A stretch of DNA of 63,475 nucleotides, filler included, from Reticulomyxa filosa (Eukaryota > Protista > Foraminifera), in assembly GCA_000512085.1 (NCBI GenBank). It is 11 parts of 11 records of this genome, joined end to end, with 100 filler letters (N's around TTAATTAATTAA, not from the genome) between each part and the next. Parts side by side here need not be neighbours in the genome. Positions count along the whole stretch, not along the records: positions 3,194 to 13,337 come from ASPP01006953.1; positions 13,438 to 20,749 come from ASPP01015851.1; positions 20,850 to 27,642 come from ASPP01025640.1; 8 more parts are not named here. One strand, 5' to 3'. This document shows positions 13,291 to 25,800 of this stretch, in pieces. How positions within the stretch are numbered: the first letter of the stretch is position 1; each line of letters begins with the position of its first letter. Position numbers and translations under genes: made by a program. The notes under the pieces were generated by a model. It saw only the letters and a list, made by a program, of their open reading frames with translations, did no database searches and had not been told where the DNA came from.

Positions 13291-13437
13291 AGAAATTCAT
13301 ATCAAAGACGTCAACATGAATTTTTTTTTTTTTTTTTNNNNNNNNNNNNNNNNNNNNNNNNNNNNNNNNNNNNNNNNNNNNTTAATTAATTAANNNNNNN
13401 NNNNNNNNNNNNNNNNNNNNNNNNNNNNNNNNNNNNN

Positions 13438-13862
13438 TGCATACGTATTGACAAATATTTACACTCTTTTTTTTTTTTTTTAAAAAAAAAAACTTTTTCA
13501 TGGCTATATCCCAATACAAATCGTAAGAGTAGATCGGGCTGATGTGCAAATGTGGTAGTTAGCTTTTTTTTATATTTTTGAGATAACGCTTCCATATACT
13601 CGTTATCTGCTTTTGAGAGAATTATTTGGTGCTCCATTGGGGACACGTTTATTCGCTTTGGAAATATATCTATGCTCTCGTTATTTCTTTCATTTCCATT
13701 CAATTCTTTGCAGGGTATCATTTCTGTCTTTTCAAATTGCATACCTTCTGCTATCTTTTGTTCCAATTGACTCTTTTCTCCTTCTACTTTTTCTGTACTT
13801 TTGTCACCAGAGTCTACAAGCTTGCTCTCCTCAATCAAGGCTGTTGTCACAAGTATGCTCAT
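13438..13862 (-). CDS. Possible CRAL-TRIO/SEC14-like protein N-terminus, 3' truncated
   Basis: ATG-initiated ORF ending in PDLLLRFVLGYSHEK, which resembles the CRAL_TRIO_N DxxLLRFL motif, followed by an intron-like T/A tract. Confidence 0.4.
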
Positions 13863-14916
13863 TGTCTACTTGTTAAAAAAAACAAATCAAAAAAAAGTTG
13901 GCCAAAAAATTAGCAGTTTTTTTGGATTATGTTGACAGCCTTACCGAGACTTAAAAAATCCTTTGTTGATGATAAATCACATGTTGGAGCTCTTTCAATC
14001 TTTCAGTTATCAAGATTTTTTCCACAAATGCTTACAAGACACACAAAAGCTACGAAGGTTTAAAGAAAAAATACAAACTGTCTGTGATATTGTATAATTT
14101 ATTATATTATGTTTATGTATAATTTTTTAATGAGCGCCTTCGGGAAATTGCACTATTTAACTTTATTGGTTTTACGAATGTAATTTTTAACTATTTAAAA
14201 GTTACAACTATCAGAATGTAACTGAATATATGTATTGAGACGTCAGTTGCAACAAAATGTAGCCACCGTTCAAATTTTTTTGGATTTGATTCCGTTTTCT
14301 TTTTTTCAGTGTAGATCAAATAAAAAATTTCATTTAAGTCTTTGCTTATTTTTAGTGACATTCGATTTTTGTTTTATTTTAAAGTATTGTATTTCATTTG
14401 GGATGATTTACTTCTTCAAATAGGAAAGACTATTTTTATCCACAAAAAAAATCAAATTGGTTCGTGAGAAAAATCACGTCCAGAGAACGTTATTTGCATC
14501 AACACATCGAAAGAGAATTAGAAAAGTTAGTCCTTTTGTTCTAGATTGTTGAGAAAGGAAGTATGCAAAAACACAAAAAGCAGTTTGGACAAGTGTAAAC
14601 TAAAAACAAAAAGAGTGGCTTGCTTGGGACACAAACAAAGCAAAAAAAAAAGAAAAATAAAATGAAGGGAAAAAAAACAAACAATAAGTTAAAAAAAAGG
14701 TATAACTAAGAACACTTTTGTTTCTCAACAAAATTGGAAGGAAGAGAGTGCCAACACTAATGTAAAGACGCTTGTCATGATTAATTAAGTGGTTTATTTG
14801 AACAAGTTGAAATAGCAAATTGGAAAGAAAAAAGTGCTGAAGTAAGTACTTTAGACATAGTAGACGTAGAAATAAAAATAGGGAAGAAAACGAACGATGT
14901 TTCATTGGGGAAAAAT

Positions 14917-17601
14917 TTAATCAACAGTGACAGCCTTTGCCAAATTCTTGGGTTTGTCTGGGTTGATTCCCTTGAGGAGGCTCATTTCGTAAGCAATGAA
15001 TTGCATAGGTATGACAGCAAGCAAAGCAGTCAAGCAGCCATTGCTGGGGATTTGAATGACATCTCCTTGCAATCCCTTCAGTAAGTTAATATTGTCAGTG
15101 ATGAAGATCATCTTCCCCCCTCTGCTGATAATTTCGTGAGCATTGGTTACCATGGTTTTGCTGTGTTGATCATCCAATATGATCATTATGACCGGTGTTC
15201 CTATACAATCAAGCAAATGAATAAATATAGATATAAATATAAATATATATATATTTATATTTATTCTAACCTTCTTCAATGAGAGCAAATGGACCATGTT
15301 TAAGTGCCCCTCCACTATATCCCTCGGCATGTAAATAAGTGATTTCTTTGATTTTCAAAGCGCCCTCATAGGCGATGGGTTCGGCAAAGCCCTTTCCCAA
15401 GACGAACATGTGTTTTTTGTCGACAAGCTTTTGGGCGATTTTGGCGCACTGGTCGCGAGTGTTCAAAGTGACACCGCAGTACAAGGGGAGTCGTAACAAG
15501 GCCTCGATGAGTTCTTTCCGACGTTGCTCATCGACAATGTCCAAGGTGGTGTGCTGTGAGTCTTGCGACGAGCCCATTTGGCGTTGCGTGCGCTTTTGAG
15601 CAAACCACCCAGCAATGAGTCCCAATCCGGTCACTTGTGTGAGAAAGGCCTTTGTGGACGCCACACCATGTTCTCGTCCGGCGTACATGTACACGCCACA
15701 ATTGGTGGTGCGAGCAATGGCCGACCCGACGGCATTGACGAGAGAGAATCTCGGAATGCTGAGCATTTCCGCAGTATGCAAGGCGTTCAGTACGTCTTTG
15801 GTTTCGCCAGACTGTGAGATGAGCAACACTCCTGCCGAGTGCGAGGGGAATGTGTCTACTGTCACTTCAGCCGCGTCTTCCACCGACACGGTTTCGAACG
15901 AGTTCAAGTATTGCATCATTCGCTGCGCGTACAGCGCCGCATGATAGCTGGTGCCGCACCCCGCCATTACCAAATGTCTGATCCCTAACAACATATCCTC
16001 GGCCTTGTCCAGCCCTCCTAGCTTTACACGATAGTCGTTCGACAGTCGAGACCCATAGCCGAGAGTCCTCGACACCGCCTCGGGCTGTTCCATTATCTCT
16101 TTTATCGTCCAATGTGGGTACGGTTCGGGTGAGAGCGGGATATGTTCACGTTCTGCTTTTTGCGTCCGTGATTTATCCAGCGACACACCATTCGCCTTTT
16201 TTTTTAAAAAAAAAAAAATTTACAAAATTTTAAAAAAAATAATTTCAAAAAAAAAAATAATTTTTTTTTTGTGCACGTATACTTTTTTCTTTTTTCCCCC
16301 CTTTTTTTTTTTTAAAAAAAAATTTTTAAAAAACGCAACAGTGACAACAGCAATTTCCCCATCTTTCAAGGAAATGTATTCATTGGTATATTGTTGGAAA
16401 GCCGTGTGTTCGCTGGCGACGAAATTGCGACCTCGATCCAAGCCGATGACCAAAGGCGACCCATTTCTGGCGCAATAGATTTCGTGCGGACGATCTTTGC
16501 AGATCATGGCGATGCCCCCAGATCCCTCCAGCTCGCTGAGAGCGCACTTCAAGGCTTCCTCCGGCGTCTTTCCCGCGTCCAAATACACGCCCACGAGATT
16601 GCAGATCACTTCCGTGTCCGTCTGCGATTGGAAGGGGATGCCTTGTTGCATCAGACGCTGCTTCACCTCGTGGCAGTTCTCGATTGTCCCGTTGTGGATC
16701 AGCGCCAGCCGTTGCTTGTAGTCCATGTGCGGATGTGCGTTCACGTCGGTCTTCGCGCCGTGCGTCGCCCATCGAGTGTGGGCTATGCCGCACATGTGCT
16801 GCAAATGATTTGACGGGGCCTTTTCAATTACACATTTTTTTAAAAAAAAAAAAAAAAAATTGAACTTTATTTAATAAAAGTAATAACAAAAAATTGAACC
16901 ACTTTTTTTTAAAAAAAAAAAAAATTTATTTATTTATTTTTTTAAAAACGAAACTTCTTTTTTCAATAAATCCAAGGAATCACTTGTCGAGCCTTTGGAA
17001 GCGTGCTTGGTGACAATGAGATGAGGACGATGGGCATGCAAGGAAGACGAGTGGTGATGATCGACTTGCGACGTGGAGGTGGACGGCGACGCTTGCATGG
17101 CTTGGATTTTGGAAGTGATTTGGTTAGCAAAGCAGCACTGCTGTCGTCGCTGGAGGAATGATGGGACTCTTCATGCACCTGATCCTCTGTCCCGATCGTG
17201 GCGATGCCCGCGCTGTCGTATCCTCGGTTTTGCAAAATGTTCAGTCCCGCCAATAAGTAGTCCACTACTGGCTCATTGCCGACCATTCCCATTATCCCAC
17301 ACGCCTTCACTGACTTCTTCTTCTCCAACATATGACTCGCACTTATTGCCATTGCCAATCCGCCTATCAGTCCGTAGTATACATATTCATGTTGCTCCGT
17401 CCAATTGTTCTTCTTGCTGTTGTCTTCCTTGTGTCGTTCGTTGTCTTTGCTTTCCATTCTTTGCATCCCCGCTGCAATACGGCTTATACTTTTTTTTTTT
17501 TTTTTTTGTTTGTTGTGATCGATTGGTGTGCACAAGTTTTTTCTTTTTGTTAACTTGATGGAAGGTGTAAAAGATAGGGATCGAAGCGAACGGGCTTTCA
17601 T
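14917..17601 (-). CDS. GFAT: Glutamine--fructose-6-phosphate amidotransferase with N-terminal extension
   Basis: CGIMG, LQNRGYDSAG, GIAHTRWATHG, HNGTIEN, ISQSGET, GVASTKAF, EGALKIKEI, LKHGPFAL and the C-terminal PKNLAKAVTVD. Several GT-AG introns. One frame change near 17100-17180. Confidence 0.95.
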
Positions 17602-18460
17602 ACATCTTGCTTTGTCTATTTTTTTTTTTTTGTTTGCTTACTCGGTTGAATTCAGACTAATTGTTAGAAAAAATAACGACAAAAAAAAAAACAACACTTG
17701 CTTTTAATGTGTCCAAAATAAGCAAATTGACGTGGAATCATATTTACGCTTGGTGTACTTCTATTGTTTATAGATTATTATCTTTTTAAAAAGTGCAAAT
17801 TGGGAGAACCGTAACGGCTGTCTCAAGTAAAAACTGCAAAAGAAATTTGTTGCAACTGGACTTTAAACCAAACTGCTGCAAAGAACTGAAGATAATCACC
17901 AGTTTTTCTTTATTTTAACTTAGGATCATAATCGTCAAATTTACATAATTCTCTTCGTTATGTAAAATATAAGACGCAAGTTACAAAGATTACGTATTGC
18001 GCTTGATGCTTGTGCCAATTGTTACGTTAAAACAAACAATGAAACAAAAGGGAGATAAAAGAAAAGCAAAATTTTTGGCCAATTTAAAACTAGTAATCTG
18101 AAACAATAATCAAGTTTCGTGAATATTCATCTATTACCAAGCATTATTGCTCCGAACAATGGAATCAATGGAAGATAAACGTAATGTTCATCTTTGTATG
18201 ATTCGTTTTTGTTGAACAAGGAGGCTTTCTAACACGGGTGCCTTGTTGATGACAAATCAGAAAAAGAAGCAGAACCACAGTACTCTGCAGTGGAGAGTAA
18301 AGTAGTTGAAGAGGGATCTCAAATGCATCAGGTTTAAAAAAAACACGTATTATTTCCGAAAGGGAGCAAAACCAAATAAAAGCCCAGTTTTCGGTAACAA
18401 TAAAAAAAAAAAAAAAAACAAAACAAAAAACAAAAAAAGGAGATACAAAGTAGTGGTGAG

Positions 18461-18914
18461 ATGAGAGAAGAAAGTGGACGACACGACAAAGAGCACGACG
18501 AACTGACACTCTTATCTCAACAGCTAATGGATTGCATCCCAGATCCCCCGCCGTTTGTGCCTCACATGACCCAGCAAAAAGCAAGCGAATTGAAAGAGGG
18601 CGACCAAGTGGATTACAGGTGTGGATTCTATGTTATTACCGAGCCCCTTTTATGAACTTTTTACATAAGTGTATTGCACATGTTATATATAATATATATA
18701 TATATTATATATAACATGTGCAATACACTTATGTAAAAAGTGCACAAAATCATTGCAAAAAAAAAAAAAAAAAGACAAGACAATGGTCGATATGTCGGAG
18801 CCAAGGTGATAAAAAAAGAGGGATCAATATTAACGTTGCAGTTTGAGGAGCGAGTGGACAGTGACGCTAACTTGGATTCATCATTTTGTTCTTCAGCGCC
18901 ATTACCACCTCCCC

Positions 18915-18951
<37 letters not shown>

Positions 18952-20749
18952 TCCATTGTCCCCATCGGAATCCTCAGCATCATCGTCATGGTCGTCCGGT
19001 TCAACGTATTGGTCCCCGACGGCCAGTTGCAACATAAAAAACGAAACGGAGTGGACGCGACTGGCAGACTATGAGAGCATCAGCCGACGCAAAGTATATA
19101 ACCCCAGAATGCAAAAGCTGCAACCGGGTCAATGGTGTGACCTCTTTGTAGCCAACCCATTGAAACAGCAGCGAAATTGGGACAGCAACAATGGACATGA
19201 ACATGGATATGCCATAATGGATGGCGAAAAGGAAGAAGAGCAAGAGGAAGGCTTTTGGATCATGGCACAATGTCGATATGCTGATAGTCGCTCCGGACAA
19301 ATGCTGTTTGCGTATTCCAATGGCATCAATCAAAATAATACCACCTTTTGCTGGGCTCATTTGGACAACTCCGACCAGGTTTTGCCCGCACATTCCAAGT
19401 GCACCATTTCATCCACCAGTCACTACATCCGGCCAAATATCACTCCATTCCGATACGGTCCGCAATTCCAGTCCATCTTCGAAGGCATCTCGGTAGATGT
19501 GTGCATATATATATACTTTGTGCTTTGTTTTCACGACATATATGCAACACTTTATTTTGTTTTGTTTGATCGCGACTGTAGGAAAGAAAGAGTGAAAGTG
19601 AATTTGATTCCAAAGTAGTTTATATATACATATACATATATATATATTTATTTATTTATATACATATATATATATATATATATATGTATATGCATTTGAA
19701 ATTGAAGACAACGGATGACACAACGGTGAAAACTAAGCTGTATCAAGTATACTCGAACTGGGTGTCCTCTTTGGAAGCGGATGGACTAAATACTAGTGTA
19801 ACAACTTCTTTTTATGTTTGCTCTCACATTTCAATTGGAAATACAAAAATGTGCGTGTGATTGGGCGCAATTGAATAGACAGAAAGAATACATATCGACC
19901 TCATTAGGAGCCATTCAATCGCATCTGCACACGTTTTGGGAATCGACGAAATACATTGGAAGCGACTTCAACGAGCGGTTTTGGAGCTACTTGAAAGGCG
20001 TGAATCGGAACACGACCACGCCAGGCGGAGGAGGCGAGGACGACCTGCTGCTGCTGCTGACGAAGCCGGAGAGCGCAGTGGACCCTGTCTTTGTGGCTTG
20101 CATGACTGCCGAAGAGTCCAGGCGGTTGGACGTGGGCGACTCGATCGACTTGCGCAACGTCCATGGCTACTTTGAAATCGCCCAAGTCACTGACAGGTCC
20201 GTCTCCGATGGACGCTTCAAGGTTCACGTCCCTGGTCAAGATCCAGAGTGGGACATCTGGCTCAATTGCTCCGATTCCAATCCTATTGATTTGCGTCGCG
20301 TTGCAAAACACAAAAGCATTAGTCGAAGACCAATTTACAGGTAGGTGATTATATATATATATATTGTATTTATTATATTTCCCCCTTTTTTTTTTTTTTT
20401 TTTTGGTAATAGGGAAAGAATGAAATCACTCGAAGTTGGACATTATTGCGATGTCAACTTGTCGTGGATTGGACTGTCCGACACATGGGTCAATGCCCAA
20501 GTTCGAATGAAGTGCCAGTTTGGGTCCGGACAGTACCAATTCGTCTACTTTCATCCGCAAACGCAACAGGAACAGTTCCTGTGGCTGCATGTTGACAACA
20601 TGCGCGAGTGCGCGCCTTATGGAACCAAAACTGTCTTGAAAGATCAAGTGCAAAAAGAGGAAGAAGAAAAGCAAGACACTGAAGTTTGTTGTTTGTTTGT
20701 TTGTTTTTTTTCTCCCCCACCTATCTTATCTATTTATCTTTCTCCCCCC
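18461..20749 (+). CDS. Protein with two copies of a Tudor/MBT-like tandem module, 3' truncated
   Basis: LKEGDQVDYR|QDNGRYVGAKV and LDVGDSIDLRNVHGYFEIAQV, each followed by SISRR, then (Q/E)xGxxCD, SGQ and WxHxDN. Poly-Ser insert from (CAT)n. Confidence 0.6.
18915..18950 (+). repeat. (CAT)n microsatellite encoding poly-Ser; representative of many simple repeats
   Basis: Directly visible. Others include (AAT)n ~1522-1546, (AAC)n 27743-27779, (TTA)n 50924-50960, (GAT)n ~51445-51505 and ~51822-51865, and many intronic (TA)n and poly-A/T tracts. Confidence 0.9.
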
Positions 20750-21427
20750 NNNNNNNNNNNNNNNNNNNNNNNNNNNNNNNNNNNNNNNNNNNNTTAATTA
20801 ATTAANNNNNNNNNNNNNNNNNNNNNNNNNNNNNNNNNNNNNNNNNNNNATAAGAGTGTTTTAATTGAAAGAATTTTTTCATGGACCGGTTTGGCGTTAC
20901 GGTTTGATAGACCAAAATGAAATAACTTTTGTTCATCAATGAATCTGCTGATAGAACCAAGTGTGCAACTTTTTTGTTATAAAAAAAAATGTCCATGTAA
21001 AATACGTTGCTGTTGTTTTTTTGTTTTTTCAAAATGGTCAACCGCTTCCCTTTTTTTAAAAAGTTAAATTTAAAAAATTTTAGTGACATTAATAACATGG
21101 TAATCGAACTACAATACAAAAACCTCCTGAAACACAAACTGAACAAAGTAAACATCTTATTTTAGCCGGGTTTTCAGTTAAACAAATTGTTTGAAATATT
21201 TTGCAGATATATGCAAAAAAAAGACTAAAATTTTCTCTGTCTAAATAAAATGTGCAATAGTTGTAACACGTGCAATAGGACATGTACTATTGCAAGAAAT
21301 TTCAACAATATCAATTTTTCATTTGAAATAATCAAATTTATTTATATATTTTTTTTTAAAAGGAAAATTTTTACCTTCTCCTACATAAAAACTAAATCTT
21401 CCCCCTTTTGAGTGAACTTTAAGAATA

Positions 21428-22821
21428 ATGCGTGAAATTATAACAATACAAGTCGGTCAAGCAGGCATTCAACTTGGAAATGCAGTGTGGGAACAGTACT
21501 GTGCAGAGCATGACATCAATAATGAAGGCATACAACAGAGAGAAACAAAAGATAACGCGTTTAAAGTATTTTTTGAAGAGGCAAGTAGTGGCCGGTTTGT
21601 TCCAAGAAGCTTTGCAGTTAAAGCATGACTTCATTTTGTGTATTAATATAATTTTTTTAAAAAAAAAAACAACGTGTACATATGCGCAATAGTGCAGATA
21701 GATTTGGAACCAAATGCAATAGATGATGTGAAGTCTGGACCACTTGGATCACTGTTTAATACCAATAATTTAGTATCAGAAAATGAAGATTCAGCATGCA
21801 CTTTTGCACGAGGTCATTACATGATCGGGTATCGAATGATTGACAAAGTGAAGATCAATTGCGAAAATTGGCGGATAGTTGCGACAATATAATGGGATTT
21901 ATGATGACAAATAGTATTGGAGGAGGAACAGGCTCTGGTTTAGGCATGTTGATTTGGGATGAAGTGCAAATACATTACAAAAAAAGATCAAAAGTGGGAT
22001 GTGTGATATATCCATCGCATACCTTTTCGACATCGATACTTGAACCATATAATGCGCTACTTGGAATGCAATGTTTAGTGAATTCCACCGACATTGTGTT
22101 GGCATTTGACAATGAGAGTATCTACAATATTTGCCAAAGGAATCTGCATATTGCAAAACCTGATATAAGCAATGTGAATCGATTGATTGCAAAAGTGATA
22201 TCATCAACAACTGCATCTTTGCGATTCAGTGGAGAATCGAGTGCAGATTTGAATGAGTTGCAAATGAGCCTGGTTGCTTTCCCGAGATTACATTTTATGA
22301 CCACAGGCATGAGTCCAATCGTTTCAAAGATGGATATAACCACAACTCCCAATGATATGCAAACTATCACCGACGAATGTTTCAAACCTACCAATTGGTT
22401 GGTTCATTATGATTCTTTTGATCCCGCCGAAGATAAATACATGTCCGTCATGCTCAATTATCGTGGAAATGTCACCAGCAAAGAGGCAAATACCGCTGTT
22501 CAATTGCTGAAAAAAAATAACCAAGTGCATTTGGTGGAATGGTGTCCAACTGGCTTCAAAATCGGATTGAATGATGTACCTGCTACTATTTTGGAGCAGG
22601 ATGACATTGGTGCTTTCAGCAAAAATGCTGCTATGATAGCTAACAATACTGGCATTTTTCGCATGTTCTACAAACGAATCGTACAAAAATATCAGCTCAT
22701 GTTTGAGCAACGTGCATTTATTCACTGGTATGCGATGGCAGGAATGATTGTAAAAAAAAACTATAATAAAAAGTTGGCAGAAAAGAATAGAAGTACTGAA
22801 AACAATCGAGAAATACTCTGA
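21428..22821 (+). CDS. Divergent alpha-tubulin lacking helix H12 and the acidic tail; one frameshift near 21852
   Basis: MREIITIQVGQAG, RFVPR|IDLEP (intron 21617-21697), FARGHY, GGGTGSG, EPYN, FDNE, SLRF, FPRLHF, EWCPTGFK and RAFIHWY. Similarity ends at AGM (~22746). Confidence 0.9.
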
Positions 22822-25800
22822 AAAAGTATCGTATGAGGAGACGATCATATCGTATTTGATTGACCTCTTGTGGAATGTTAACAAATTACATTGCTTTGCT
22901 TTGCGTCAAAAATCTTTTTGTGCTAGTTAATCATTAAACTGAGTAATCAACAAAAAAACCACAACAATAAATAATAAAAAAAAAGAAATTAGAACTAGAT
23001 GACTCAACGGATAGTGAAAAACAGAGACTGACTAAAATTTTATTGGCAAAGGGTCATATCAGCCCCAACAATTTGAAAATATGGAGTCGGCTCTTTAATC
23101 TCACCGTTGAGAAAAATAGCGATACATGGGAAAAATTACTTATTGAATCACAAAAAGAGTGGTGGAATTCAGATAGTTTTGGTGATAAATGTCCTGGCAA
23201 GTGTTATCATCGCAAGGCTTTGTGGTTCCTCTATCCTTCTCGGTACAGAAAAATGCCAAAGCAATTTTACAATGTGTTCAAGGGACAAGTGGAATTAACA
23301 GTTGGCAACTTTCTATTTGATAACAAATGTTGGGACAAAGATACCAAAAATGAGTTGTGTGGATATATTGGTGACCCAAAATCAGATTTGTCAGAATGGA
23401 ATTGGCTATTGACATTGCTTATCAAAATCCCCTCAGAGTAGTATTCCACAAAGCAACAATATATTTTTTTGTTTTGTTTTTTCTTGTTGTTCAAATTACA
23501 AAATAACAAAAATGCATTAATGGTAGTGGCATCAAAACGGAGCCTAATGAAGATGAAAAAAGCTTTTCACAAAGTGAAGAAATTGGAAATGGAAATGAAC
23601 TATTAAAACATAACCTAGAATATTGTATTTCATGTGTTGGATGGGACACCTTGCTGGTCAAACATCGCAACAAAATAAAAATTCTTGATGATTTGTATGG
23701 ATTTATTCAAACGACATTGGAAACATTGAATCGTGTGATCAAGAAAAAAAAATCAATGTAATATTGTTTGCTTTAATAAAAAAGACAGCAATGAAACACA
23801 CATCAAGACATTGCGCAAAACAGTTGGCAAAGAGATAGACGAAGAAGTATGGAAATCAAGTCTGGAGAGATTTGAAAATGTCAAACAAATATCAACTAAT
23901 TTCGATATTGTTGCACGGGAGTACTTCAAAACAACTCCGAGTGGTTTGCAAGAATTTCACGATTATATCAAATTGGATCACTATTGTCTTGCGGACATTG
24001 AAGCCAACTGCGCAGAGGAGATGAAATTACTAGATTCTTACAAAAATGAACTGCAATTGATGACAGATCGAGCAAAAAGTAAAGTATTTTGTGAAATGTG
24101 GGCCGATCAAAGATCGGTATATAGGCAAAATCCCATTTCCACAATTCATGATTTCATGAATGTATTTAAGCAAGCTAATTTGGATTGGGAGCATCTGACT
24201 TCCACAATCGAAGAAAATAACTTGCCGTATAGCGACTTAGAGTGGTATAATTCAATAAATTGGGAATTGGAAATATCCATGCTATTTCCCAAACTCAAAC
24301 CTGAAGAAAAGGATAAACTACAAAAAAACAAAACAAGTGAAATCAAAAAAGCAACTGACTTACAGAAAACAAGACATTGCTGGCAAGTATTAAAGCAATT
24401 AACTGAAATAATTCAAAATGCTCATGAAAAAAAAAGTGATATTAAATGTGATGAAACATGGAGCAAATTTTTAGAACAATTTGAAGTTATTGACAAATTG
24501 GAGAAAAATAAACAAATATTGATAAGAGAGGTATCTAAACACTATGATGCGTGCGTAAAATGTTTTGGGGACATTGCGGAAAGTGCAAATGTAAAGAATG
24601 AAAAGAAAATCAGAGAACTTGTAAGCAATGAAATTTTTACCAACAAACAACAATTTGAATATGCAGCCTGCAGGATAGATAACTCTCGCAATAAAAGCTT
24701 TCGCCTCCTAGCCGGCGAATTGCGTGAAATCAATGAAATATTGCAAACAAAGATATGGGATTGCAATTTTCCATCTATGTCTGCATTGGCCAAGGCCGTC
24801 TTTAATCTCTTCGAAGAAAGTAATGACCAATTCCAAAAAAAATTAGAGGGTTTTCTGAAGGTAGATTTTGACGAGTTTTTGCGCATCGGCAAAGAGGGCG
24901 ATCAGTTATCAGTAATGAGATGCTACAAACAAATCCAACAAGTACAGCAAATAGGCAGATGGGTATTGAGTGATTATAAGACACTGTTTGGAATGAGAAA
25001 ATTGAAAATTACAAATCAAAGGATTAATATTGAGATTTGGAATGATTGAAGAGAGTTGCGAAGAAATAGAAAATAAATTCGATCAGCAAAAACTCAGTTT
25101 GTCGAGTGAACAAAAAAAAGAAATTGAAGCAATAATTATGCAATTTGACATTTGTAAAGATATTTATGGAATTCGAATGGATTATTGGGAGCAAGGTGGA
25201 CGAAACAAAATTGGAGATTTGATTCTACAAACCAAAGATTCCACTGAATGTTTTGGAAATTGTAAACAAGAATGGATAAACGAATTGGACAAATGGAAAA
25301 GCTTTTGCGTAGAATTAAGATATAATTATCCCGGTTTGACTTATTTCACTATGAATGAAGCACAGCATTTAATTGAAATGATAAATCAAATTTTGAAACT
25401 TGACGAACAATACCGAGATGCCTTCATTTCCAAATATATTTTGCCTTATTTCCGAAGACTGGACTATGGCTTACAAGATGCATCCAAAATGTTAAACGAG
25501 TGGAAAGGCATGTCGGACAAAGAGCCATTGAAATCATTGGGTAAAATTGTTTCTACTATTTGGAAAAACTCAAGCAATAATAAGATAATATCCGGTCGTA
25601 ATGCACAAATCACTTCGTTGTGCCAAGGCAAGCCTAATTTGATTATCTCCATGAACAAAAAAAATTTATTACAGTTTTGGATTTGTACAGATCGGTTGGA
25701 ATGATCCCACGAGCAGAACATGTATTAATCTGCAAAGAAACAACAACAGAAGAGGAAGTAGAATGTCTATTATTGCGAGCATTGTCATGCGTGCGGCAAT

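Noticed and set aside
18843-19074. Poly-His, poly-Ile and poly-Asp ORFs
   Set aside because: Alternative-frame readings of the (CAT)n microsatellite within the Tudor-like gene.
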